From Ministeria vibrans ATCC 50519 (taxonomy: Eukaryota > Protista > Filasterea), in contig CALSCP010000569.1 in assembly GCA_943704425.1 (NCBI GenBank), positions 1 to 61,864 of the forward strand: 61,864 bases of DNA, given 5' to 3'. This document shows positions 24,621-35,938 of this stretch, one piece after another. The notes beneath the pieces were generated by a model. That model did not search any database. It worked only from the letters and a program-made list of their open reading frames with translations, and had not been told where the DNA came from. Within the stretch, counting starts at the first letter, position 1, and each line of letters begins with the position of its first letter. The position numbers were made by a program, and so were the translations under genes.

Positions 24621-27600
24621 TCAGGTATTCGAGTTCATAGGATTGGACCATTCAATAGGCGCAGCAGTAGACGGAGCCGACTTGACGCGCAGTGACGACC
24701 GTGAGTTGACACTCGTGCTGTCCTCCTCCTCCCCATCGGCATCCTCTTCGGCAGGTTCAGGGACGTCCACCGCACTCGAGACCATTTGCGCCCCCTGGTA
24801 CTCCATCACTCGCTCAATATCTGCCGACTGGGAGTGACTCAGTGTCATCACAGACTCGTCCATACGCAGGGGCCTCATCGACGTATCCTTGGACGCAACA
24901 AAGGCTGACAGCGACGACGAACGCTGCTGGTGGACAACGTAGATCCCAAGGCACACAAGCACGCAGGCAACAACGGCCGCTGCCACTCCAGTGCCCGCCG
25001 CAGCACCTGCAGACATGCCTGACGATGACGACGACGACGACGAGTTGTTGACCTCGAATGGTACGGACACGAGACGGAATGCTGTAGTGTGCGTTGTAAG
25101 ACACGCGCCCACACCAGCGTCGTATGCAACGTCGTCGTCTACCCACTCGTCGCTGCTGGTGTCCCAATACTGGCAGATGGCGTCTTCGGAAACGGGGCAG
25201 CCGGGCGCAAAGGGAATCACAAGCGAAATGGGCGATTCCAGCGTGAGACCTGTCACCTCGCTCGCTTCGGTACTGCCTGTGTTCTTGTTCAAGAACGACA
25301 GCTCCACCACCTCCGAGTAAGTGCAGTCGGTGGTCGCCGTCGAATCAATCACACTTGCATTGGCAAACGTAATCGTTGACACAAGGAAAGTGCCGTCGCC
25401 AAGCACATCTTTGAGAGCCGTCAGCGAAAACGAAACTTGCGGACACACCGCATGACCAGCAGAGCAATTCACGTCCAGGGTAAACGTGCTCTCAGGCAGC
25501 GTCGTGTCAATGGCACTCACAGACGCAAAGACATTGCCATCGTCCGAGCCAAACTCAAATGGGGCATCGCCCACATTCACATCGCTGCCAATGGTCGACA
25601 CGAGAGCCGTTGCAAACTGGAGCACTTGAACGCCAGTCATGTTGAGCGCAGGCAGACTTGTCAGCACACCACCCGCCGCCTCAGCCGAGAGCGCCTCGTC
25701 GCTGAGTGTACCACCGGCCGCAACAATTTCGAGGCGCTGACCAATGTACTTGTTGGTCACGGCAAGCAACAGTGCTTGTAGTTCATCGTCGTCGCTAGTC
25801 GCTTCACGACGACGAGAACTCGTGCCGAGAAGAGTCGCAAGCGCATCAGGATGCCTCTGGCGACACTTCTTGTGGATGAGGGTCCCGACAAAGGAAATGA
25901 CCTTGAGCAGGCCGTTTGTTTGTGTCTTGGAACCTGAAGAACAGCCCACGGCAGTCTCTGCAAGTGACAGCAGAAGTTGAAGAAGTGCAGACTGCTCGGC
26001 CGTACATTGGTTGTGTGCGATCAAACCCAAAGCCTTGTACGACTCAATGACACCGTTGAAGGTGGTTAATAAAGATGAAATGTCGCTACAGGCATCCACT
26101 ACGGGATCCAATAGAGATTGCGTCCAGAATGCAACGACCGCCGAGACGTTGGTTTTGTCGCTGAGCGCCTCGGGAAGAGTCAAGGAGACCTTTCTGCTCG
26201 CTTCAGCAACCCCCCCCACCGAATTAGCAACCTTGACCCTCAGAGTCATTTCGGCTTTCGGGAGTTTGGTCTTGATGACAGAAAGCGTCGACCGACCCGA
26301 ACCCAGCGTGACAAACCCGCTTGAGATGTAGCCAAACTCGTACGTGAGGTCATTCGTGTCCCAGCCCGAGGTGCTCAGTGTAAATTCGTCCACGCCGACG
26401 ACACCGGTCGCCGGAGATATGTTGAGGACACCACCTTTGGGGACTGTCGCCGCAGTGAATGAGTACGTGACCGAACCCACATTGCTCAGGTCGTTCACGG
26501 GCACTGCGGAAAATTTCAGTTTGTACTTGCCACCAGATTGAAACGTGTTGGTCGGGAATGTGATCTTGGCTTCGTTGGAAGAGCTTGGAGTGTCAAACGG
26601 CAGGGTACCCTCAGACTCATCAACAATCGGCGTCCAGGTAAACTGAGACGGGATCCAGACAGAGGAGACGGCTCGACGCTCGACAGCTTCGCGACGGCCA
26701 AAAGAAACGCGACGGCGAGCTGGGGTGCGCCGGCGTACGGGGTTAACGCGACGGCGTCTCCGTGTAGTAATATAAATCTTTGGAGTACGACGGCGCGCAA
26801 TGGCAAATCTGCGGCGGGCGTTCTGGGCACGACGACGGCGACGACGCAAAGCGAATCGCCGACGAGAAATGGATCGCCGACGAACGGCGCTGCGACGGCG
26901 TACGATATAGTTTTTCATCTGCACGCCCTTTACAGTGCCAGCGCCCGAAAAACTGGACTTGGATTGCGGATGCACCTCACTGCCCGCCACCGTGACCAAT
27001 GGCACTGTTGATGTCGCGTCGTGAATGGTCAGAACAATGGGCGTGGTAAGGGTTATGTTGCGCGCCACGGCCGTCCCCGTGTTGTTCAAAGGAGCGTCCT
27101 TCGTCGCCGACACATAAAGATGGTAGATTCCGGGCAGAAGTGATTCAGCAGGCAATTCGGGAGCTGATCGTTCGGCTGGCTCAGGCATTGACTCGTCGCA
27201 AGACTCGTTCGTACCAATATTCACACAGCTGTACCAAATTTCACACACTGATGTGGTGTCAAAATCGTTGTCTACGCAGCGCGCATCAATTGTTGCCGGG
27301 CTGCCATCCACAATGGCGACCGTTGCAGAGAAGATAATCTGCAGCGGTTGTTGAACCACCGCAAACGACGCTGTCTTGGTGAGAACCAAGCCAGTCGCAG
27401 TACCATCCTTATCTGTGATGGTCACCGTCACTGTCGCCGTGTACGACATACCCGCCTTGAGGTACACTGCAGTGATGAGCAGCTGACTCGAAGTGGTGCC
27501 CAACATCTTCGCGCCACCGTCATATCCGGGTACAACGTCACCGTCCGAAGTACGCACCACCCACTCGTAGGCGGCGTACGTTTCGTTTACGTCCGCACAA

Positions 27601-30600
27601 CGACTGTGCTGCAGCTTGACACCAATCTCAATGGGTTCGAGCGACTTATAGGTGGCGACTGGAGGATCCGCAATGAACGCGAGAACGGGCTGAGGCTCGG
27701 CCAGCGCCTCAAAGCTGAACGGCGCCGACGAGCTTGACATGCCGAAGAAGTTGGTGACGGTAGCCACGACAGTGTAGTGACCCGGCTCAAAGTGTTCCGG
27801 TTCCACTGACAGGACGGTGGTCGATGCTGGAAGGGTTTCAAGGTATGCCTGCAAGGCAGCGCCATTATCAGAGGCGTCGCCAGATGTGACAGTCCATTGT
27901 GTGATGGAGAGCGCGTGTGAGGCGGTGCCGTTCACTTCGACCAGGTACATGTCAAGAATGCCACACTTGTCGACGACGGCTGTACCACGCAGCAGGGCGT
28001 AGGGCGTTGGCGGCGACACGACTGGATTCACCGCGACTGACACAGATCCAGTGGCGCTCTGAGAGGCAGGTACACCACGCAGGCCAACGGCTTGTAAGGC
28101 CTTCGTGAGTAGAAACGTCTCACGGAGTACAAGTTGACCTTGATTGATACCAATAGTGGAAGTTGCGTCAAGCTCAATAAGCATGGTTTTGTTGTTACTC
28201 CACGAGCATAGCCTCGCACCGGGAGTATATCCTGGTGTCGCTTCCCAGAATGAGCATGTCTGGCGCTGAGGTACCACCGCAAAGCCACCTCTAGTGAATG
28301 CAGCAGGCGCCGAGAAGACCGCCTCAATCGCAGTGTAGCTCGGGGAGAAGTGAGCACTCACAAGGGTCGGTGGTGCAACGTGGACGTACACAAAGTGTGC
28401 GGTGAGAACACTGAACCAGGTGAGGCCAAAGTTCGCTGTGACGTAGACTCCGTAGCTGTCGGTGGCAATGTTGGCTGGGAGCGAACAGTTGATGGCTGTC
28501 GAGCCGACAACGGTCTCAACAAAGAGCGGTTGCCGTTTCGCATCGAGTGTAACAGCAACACAGAGAGTGGTGGTTCGGTTTCTCGACGGATCGTAAAAGG
28601 GATAAGTTGTGGATGTGTTGAACTCAAGTGTGACAGGCGTGCTGGGCATGACGGAGACGGACTGGCTGTGACGTCCCACATAGTCAAACAATCCGATTGA
28701 TGTGTCGGAAATGCATGTGCGCAAGTCGACGTCGAGCTTGAACCCTCGACTGCACAGGCACAAATAGGAGCCGGGCAGGTTGTAGCAGTGGTGAGTGCAG
28801 GTGTGATTGCCGTTGGCCGCACACTCGTCAATGTCAACGGGTGCACCTGACTCACAAGTGTAGCCAGTGGGACAGGTGGAAGTGCACTCGCTGGCGCCAT
28901 CCACGCTGTAGGTGAACGAAGCGCATGGAAGACAAGTACTCAAGGTGGTGGCACCAATGGTCTACACACACACACAAAAAAAAAGTTGATTGGATATTGG
29001 ATTTTCCTTGCTGACTTACGCTCGAGTAACGACCAGCGGGGCAGAAGGTACACGGAAGAGAGTAACGCGAGATGGAACTGTAACGACCAGCCTCGCATGA
29101 CTATTGTCGAGAAGAACATACAAAACACAACAGCGTCAAAACCTCCCAAGGGAGTCACGTTAGGGTTAGTTGTCTTTCTTACCGTGCAGTTAGTTGCCGT
29201 CACCGAAGTCACATACGAACCAGGGGGGCAGTCCTGGCAACCAGCACCCCTACCAAGACCGATTTGGCCCATATCGCAGGACTTGCATATGGACTCACCA
29301 ACGGTAGATCGTTTCCCTTGCGGACATGTCTCGCAGGATTTCCGCCCCTTCTTGGAAGAGAATCTGTTGGCTACACAGTCGTAGCACAAGCCGAATGTTC
29401 CCGCTTTGCCTGTCGGACAGTGGAAGCATTGTCCACTCAAAAGATTAGGATTGGGATAGCGCCCGCTGGGACAGTTTATACAAGCGCGCGAGTTGGCCTT
29501 GGAAACCTGATTCGCGGCACATGCCTTGCACACAGATGTGCCCGTGCTACTAGCCATTGTACCTCCTGGGCACGATTTGCAGGGATTACCGTCGTTGATA
29601 CTGTATTTACCAACCGGGCATTCCCTAATAAAACGAGCAACAATTAGCCGAATCATTTTTCTTTGCCTCTTTTTCCTTACACGCAAGTGGCTCCATCTGA
29701 TGAATAACGACCGGCAGTACAGTTACGACAGGTAATGCCATCGGTGCCTGCCACATACTGACCAGGACTACAGAAGGTGCACTTGTCGGAGGCTGGCAAG
29801 AGGGCAACCATGTTTGAAGGGCATGGTGTACAGTGGGTTTTTGGAGAGGTGTTGGCGATGGAGAGTTTTCCGGGAGGACACGCCAAACACTCCGTCACAC
29901 CCGTTGTGTTGGAATAGTGTCCGCTGGAACAATCCAGACACGCACCAGTGGTGGAAGAATATCGTCCAACTGGACAATCTTCGCATCCTTTGTGGCTACT
30001 GTCAGACGACTTGCCCGGGCTACAGCCAGTACATTCGCTCGCGCCCGCGTCGCTGTAGTACCCAACGTCGCAAGAGAAACAAGGGCTCCCCGCAGGCGAG
30101 TACTCGCCAGCGGAGCAGCTGTAGCACGCATCGTGAGCTTCGAAAGACGTCGATTTCCCCGCAGCACACGCATCGCTGTGAAGAAGAAGAAGAAGAAGAA
30201 GAAAATCAGCCAAAAAGAGTCACCAAGGGTGTCGGTTCAGCCGATACCAAACTGTCTTCCCCGTGGAAAAGCTGATGAATCCGTCGGGGCATCTGCGACA
30301 CGCTTGACCAGGACCGGAGGTAAGGTATCCAACTTGACACGGGGTACATACACTCGCACCAACTGCTCATAGACAAGAAGAACACCAGTGTGAGTTGTCT
30401 ATATTTATTACAAGGAATTATTTGCTTTTTAATACCATCTGAAGATAAGCCCGCAGGACAGAGGTCGCAGCTGGACGAGTTGTTCACGTTGGGACCTGAC
30501 TGAAATTGTGCTGCGGGACACTGTTTGCATTGTCCATTGTCGCTAGAGAGAGAGAGAGAAAGAAATACATTAATTATTAATGATAAAGAAAGGAGGGAGA

Positions 30601-30838
30601 AAGAAAATTGAGTATGACGGACAAAGTCTAGAAGATAAAAAAAAGCCACGTACAGATAATGGCCCGCAGGGCAGAAATCACAGGGTTCACCGGGTGTCAC
30701 CTGGCCCTGCGATCAGAAAAAGAAACGTTGATGATAGTTCAATAGTAATGTTACTTTCGTACTTGGTCAGAAGGACACGGTTGGCAGTCCGAGAGCGTTT
30801 CAGCACCAGTAAAGTTCACATAATGACCATAAGGACAT
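24621..30838 (-). CDS. Large single-pass receptor: Cys-rich (GCC2/GCC3-type) repeats, Ca-EGF, REJ-like region, GPS-like motif, one TM; 5' end not visible
   Basis: CxxCPxGxY repeats in exons 28940-30838; DIDECAANGNHTCTHHCYNLPGSYLCLC; REJ-like PKGGVLNISPATG..FTLSTSGW..LTYEFGY; CQYWDTSSDEW..CLTTHTTAF; TM GVAAAVVACVLVCLGIYVV. Confidence 0.8.
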
Positions 30839-30839
30839 C

Positions 30840-31067
30840 TAAACAAAGAGAAAGAGGCAGTGAGAGACAAAGTGATAGAGAAGAGAGAAAGGAGAGGGAA
30901 AGAAACAAAGTGATAGAGAGACAAAGAGAGAGAGAGACAAAGAGAGAGAGAGAGAGAAAACAAAGTGATAAAGAAACAGAGTGATAGAGAGAGAGAGAGA
31001 GAGAAACAAAGTGATAGAGAGAGAGAGAAACAAAGTGATAGAGAGAGAGAGAGAGAGAGAAACAAAG

Positions 31068-31109
<42 letters not shown>

Positions 31110-31170
31110 AGTGATAGAGAGAGAGAAACAAAGTGATAGAGAGAGAGAGAGAGAGGGCACAAAGTGAACA
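30840..31170. repeat. Minisatellite (GA)n-AACAAAGTGATA array
   Basis: Tandem copies of gagagaaacaaagtgata. The same unit recurs at ~51500-51730 and, inverted, near 52025 and 8570-8650. Confidence 0.9.
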
Positions 31171-31230
31171 AAAGGAGATAGGTAGAGAGTGCGTGTATGT
31201 GTATGTATGTGTGCAGTGAGAGAGGCGTAC

Positions 31231-31509
31231 GTCGCGGATATCATCGACGTTGTTTTGCACATCGACAATGGTTCTGTTGCTGAGGATCACTTGCTCCATC
31301 ACCTCCAGGCGGAAGTTGGCCAGCGTATCAGAGTCGCCACTGTCGTCATCATATCTATACACAGAAAAAGAATAAGACGCTTTAAAAATAATAATAATAA
31401 TAATAATAATAATTATTATTATTAATAAATTGGAAAAGTCTTCCGCTTCTAATAATAATAATTTTTAAGACCCAGAGTGATAGGTTAATTCTAGATTCAC
31501 AATATTAAG

Positions 31510-31552
<43 letters not shown>

Positions 31553-31553
31553 T

Positions 31554-31597
<44 letters not shown>

Positions 31598-34500
31598 GGG
31601 GACTGTCACTCAAAAAGGGTGGTGGCGTATAGAGAAAATAATTTATGTACCGTTCGACTAAGGGGTGTCCATGGCGATAGACCATTGTGCGATACCACTG
31701 CAGACGAGAGCGGTACAGTTTGTCCTCCACATCAATAATTGCAAGCAGGTGCTCAAGTGCAGCGACAGCCTTTAGAGGTTGGATTTGGAGAAAGTAATAA
31801 GAGGAGTTTTGTTTTGTTTTTTGTGTTTACCTTTGCGTTGTCATAGACAAGTTGGTATGCGTTTGTGAGGGCGGCAATGAGCACATTGACAAGTACGATG
31901 GCAGACAGAAACAACCAAACAGCAGTCAACAGTGGTCCAAAAGCCTACGTCATATTCGTATCAATCAGTGTCACTATAAATTGTGTTGGGTATTTTTTTT
32001 TGCAATATTATTCGCACCTGATCAGCAGCGCGAATCAGTGCATAGTCCAAGTCAACGACGGTCATCCGGAAAAGAGACATCATCGAGCCTATTAATCGAG
32101 TTAGGAGCAACAATAATAATAATTAGAAGAAGAAGAAGAAGACATTTCCAATTGATTATCAATCACAATAACAATAATTAATAAGAACCACAATAATAAT
32201 TATTATTAAGTATTAATCCAATTCGGTTTGAGTCTCACGTACGTTCCATTGTGTTGAAATTTGGATTGAGTTCTCCTTCGACATTGTAAAAGAACACACT
32301 ACGTATACGTATACATCACTTCAAATGTGAGAACAAGAATCTTTCAAAAATGCAATGAAATGCACTTACGCAAAAGGAATCATCAGAATCAAGTAGACAA
32401 AAGTCCACTAAGAGTAGGAACACACACAAAAAAAGTGAGACGGATGATCGTTCATGCAATATTGCAGTGCGGAAGAGATGACGTTGTACCTCCGCAATAA
32501 CTCGAATGAGCTTCGCAAGAAGCATCACAAACGGCCCAATGCGCTTGAAGGCGCGCGCAAACTTGAGCAGTTTGATCCAGACACAAACCAGGGCAGTGCA
32601 CAAAATGCGCACGGCCGCCTTCTCAAGATTCAGAGTGCGGTCGGTGGCTGTGTTGACAGTGTAGATGATGATGAAGATAAACAAAAGGATGTACGTCAAC
32701 CAGTCAATCCAGTTCCACGCTAAAGAAAACGAAAAGAAACAAAATTAATTATTATTATTATTAGACAAAATTAAATAATATAATTATTTTAATAATAATA
32801 ATAATAAAAATAATAATAGTGTGATTGATAAAAATAATTATAATGGATGTTAGTAGTAGTACCGTCACTGAGATACTCTGCGAGCAGTTGCTTGTGCTGA
32901 ATGCGACTGCGCTCTTCCAGTACATAATCCACTTCCGTTTTCCAGTTAAGGTCCATTTCCTTCAAATCTCGTTCTAGTTGCGCCTGCGCAGAGCTTTGCC
33001 ATCGTTTTCGCGACTTGTAGGCAAACCGCACCTCCCATATTTCCTCCGCAACTAAAAAAAAACACACACACACGTAAACACACACAAAAAGAACAAAGAA
33101 ATATAAGCAAATTATTATAATAATAACTTTGCAGTGATGCTGCGTCGAATTAATCATGATTCGCTTCGTCTCTCTCATCTCTCTCATTTCGTTCCCACTC
33201 ACTCTGATAGACAAGCATAATGATCGCAATGATCTCAATGACGAGCCGCCACCACTGATCGGTGTACGAGAAGATGGACTGGCGGTTGGTGGCGTGGAGG
33301 ATGGCAACGGTAGTCCAGGCCATGAGGAAGATGAGATAGATGACGAGGTTCTTGACGACGTTGGCGCGCCCAAACGACTCCCACTTGAATTTAATCGCCT
33401 GCTCGATGACCGGAAGCGCCACGAGATCCAGACGACGGTATTTGCAGATGCTGCGCAGCGTTGTCTATAAATGAAATTGATTAGCCTTCTGTCATAAATA
33501 CAACAGTGTGCGTGTGTGTCATTTGTTATATGTGTGATTAAAACAACATTAATTACTATTATTAGTGTGGGTGCGCGCAGTACAATATTACTTGCGCTTA
33601 TAATAATAATATTATTATTTTGGTTATAGTATTATTATGCTTAATAAATTATAATGTGTGTGTCATATGTGCCGCACCGGAACCCACTCCTTGTCCATGT
33701 CGGTGAGGTCGGAGACTGGTGGAGGCTCAAGGGCGGTGAGAAAAAAGCCAATCTGGCGCTTGGTTCGGTTGATGCGCTTGTAGCGGGCGCTCTCGAGGGC
33801 CGTGCGCGCGACAGAAGGCATCTTGTAGATCATAATGGACGTGGGAGCCTGACCGACCTCGTCGCGCTCTGCTGGATCTGCGCCCATGTCCATCAGGAGG
33901 TTCGATGTGACGCTGTAGTCGAAGAACGCCGAAAGATGCAGTGCAGTGCGTCCGTGGTTGTCCTGCTCATATGATCATTACGTTGATAAAAGAAAAGAAA
34001 AACGTAATTATGAATTCGTATACTACACTCACTCTCCAATCATGATCAAAAATGACCAATGACCTACGGCGCAGTGGCAAACAGATCATTTTAATATACC
34101 TTGGCCTGGACGAGAGCAAAGGCGGACGGAGAAAGCTCGGCTGCGCGCGAGGGTGTCTCGTTCATGTTAACGCTGGCTGCCTCGGGACTGTTGAGCTCCA
34201 CCAGGGTCACGTGACCGAGCAGTTTGCGCAGGAGGAGATCACGGTCGTAGCGGGCGGCCGTGTGAATAATGGTCTGACCGTTGCTCATGCGTTTGTTCAT
34301 ATCTGCTCCTGCCTGCAGCAGAAAGCGCACCGTCTCGGTCTGGTCGTTGGCAACGGCATAAAAGAGTGCTGTGCGCCCCAGCCGATCCGACATGTCAATG
34401 TGTGCCCCGTGCTGCACCAGCAAATCCACCGCTTCAATGCTGCCCCCGTACGACGCCATCATGAGCAGACTCGGTCCGCAGTAGAAGGCATCCGTCACCG

Positions 34501-35237
34501 TATCTTTCACGTCGAGTCGTTTTGCATTCACATTGGCTCCTTTGGCGAGAAAGTCTCGAACCTGCACAATGACCCAAGGAAAGTACACAAAATCGGATGT
34601 TATGAGTCGCGATGATGCGCTTCGTTCTTCTTCTTCTTCTTCTTCTTGTGCTCACCGTTGCTAAGTCGACGGGAGCAGCGTGGGGGCCTCCCACACCCAG
34701 ACGCACCGCCTCGTTGTAGCAAGTGCTTGTAATGTACTCCAGAAGCTGGTCGTTGATAAACTGGCCCGTCCGATCCGCAGGCTAGTGTCCAAGGGAGAAT
34801 ATTCGAAGCGTGTGCGGGTGAGAAAAAAAAATGCAAACTTTTCTGTTTAAAGCGGTTTTCACTGAATCAGACGGATGGCGTGCAACAGAAAGCGTATTTC
34901 ATATTCATTTATGAAGTTCATGCGACTTCAAGTCAAGCTATTGGTAAGATTTATTGCGAGTCGCCATGGTAACCATTGAAAAAAAGAGAAAAGAAAAGAA
35001 GAGCAAGGCTTTGCCGTTGCCCAACCTCATTCTTTTGATGGACCCCACTTGACCCATGGCAACGTTATAGTGGAAGATCCAATAGTATTTTACCTGCATG
35101 CCCAAGTTGTCAATGGACGACACGCTGTGACCTAACGTCGCCCATTGCGCTGCGTCGTCATCAAGTTGGATCCGAGGACGATCGTATCCCTGACCCGGTT
35201 GAGCGGGTGTGCTCTGAGCAGGATGAACGCGAGCCAT
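31231..35237 (-). CDS. Ankyrin-repeat TRP cation channel (TRPA/TRPV-related); 3' end unresolved
   Basis: ATG at 35237; ankyrins (LGRTALFYAV, GQTIIHTAA, HGRTALHL); pre-S1 LPVIEQAIKFKWESFG; S3 WNWIDW; S4 WIKLLKFARAFKRIGPFV; pore SLFRMTVVDLDY; S6 IVLVNVLIAALTNAYQLVYDNAK. Confidence 0.9.
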
Positions 35238-35684
35238 GAACACTAAAAAGAATGAGAATTGAGAAAAATTTAAAGTTGACAGTTGTGAGTCGTCCATCGT
35301 TCATTTGACTCTTTCTTGCTTGTTTGCGCTGTGATATACTTTGTCGTTGGTTACCATGTATCTATTTTGGCTGGGTTTCTGTGTGGTTTTGTTGGGCGCC
35401 TTGGTCACTCTGGCTTTCATCAACAATGCCTGATTTCCGACCAACACTTCTTCTCGCTCTCAAGAAGGAGAACGGCACGCCAGCACTCCGATTAGAATCA
35501 AAGGATGCATAGTGCACCTGATGCGCTTTACCCAATTGGACGTGACTGAGCTCTCAGGGTCTCTCTACTCCATTGTGCAGCACAAGGCGGAAGTATCCGA
35601 TTTTCATTTTCCATCCGATAATCAAAGAGCAGCACAATACTTCCGCCGTAGACTTCCAGACGAGAATGTCACCTGATACACTCA

Positions 35685-35716
35685 TGACTCAGTCATGAGT
35701 CATGAGTCATGAATCA
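35685..35716. promoter_or_regulatory. Cluster of four AP-1/bZIP-like heptamers in the TRP/TPP2 divergent intergenic region
   Basis: TGACTCA 35685-91, TGAGTCA 35696-702, TGAGTCA 35703-09, TGAATCA 35710-16. Confidence 0.45.
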
Positions 35717-35938
35717 TGATAACAGAGAAAAGAATGTGCGGAGGCACAGGTAGACGTTGTACATAACAGTTATTGTGTATTTACATCAAGTTTCAGATGG
35801 AAAAATAAAAAAAAATTCGTCTGGACATTAATAATTAATTTATTTTTTCAACTTCCACTCTCTTTTGGCCGCTCATCAAAGCGACCACCGTGTACCAACT
35901 ACCAACCGTTGTTTCCGCCTGCACACCAACACTCTCTG

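Noticed and set aside
30840-31170. CRISPR-like repeat-spacer appearance
   Set aside because: The spacers are just variable (GA)n, the context is eukaryotic, and no cas genes are present.
30839-31230. Open frame through the minisatellite read as a true transmembrane exon
   Set aside because: CT-rich repeats are stop-free in all three frames here, so the open frame is uninformative. It is kept only as a caveat in the TRP/REJ finding.
35324-35512. Short ORF in the TRP/TPP2 intergenic region
   Set aside because: No family features or splice support.
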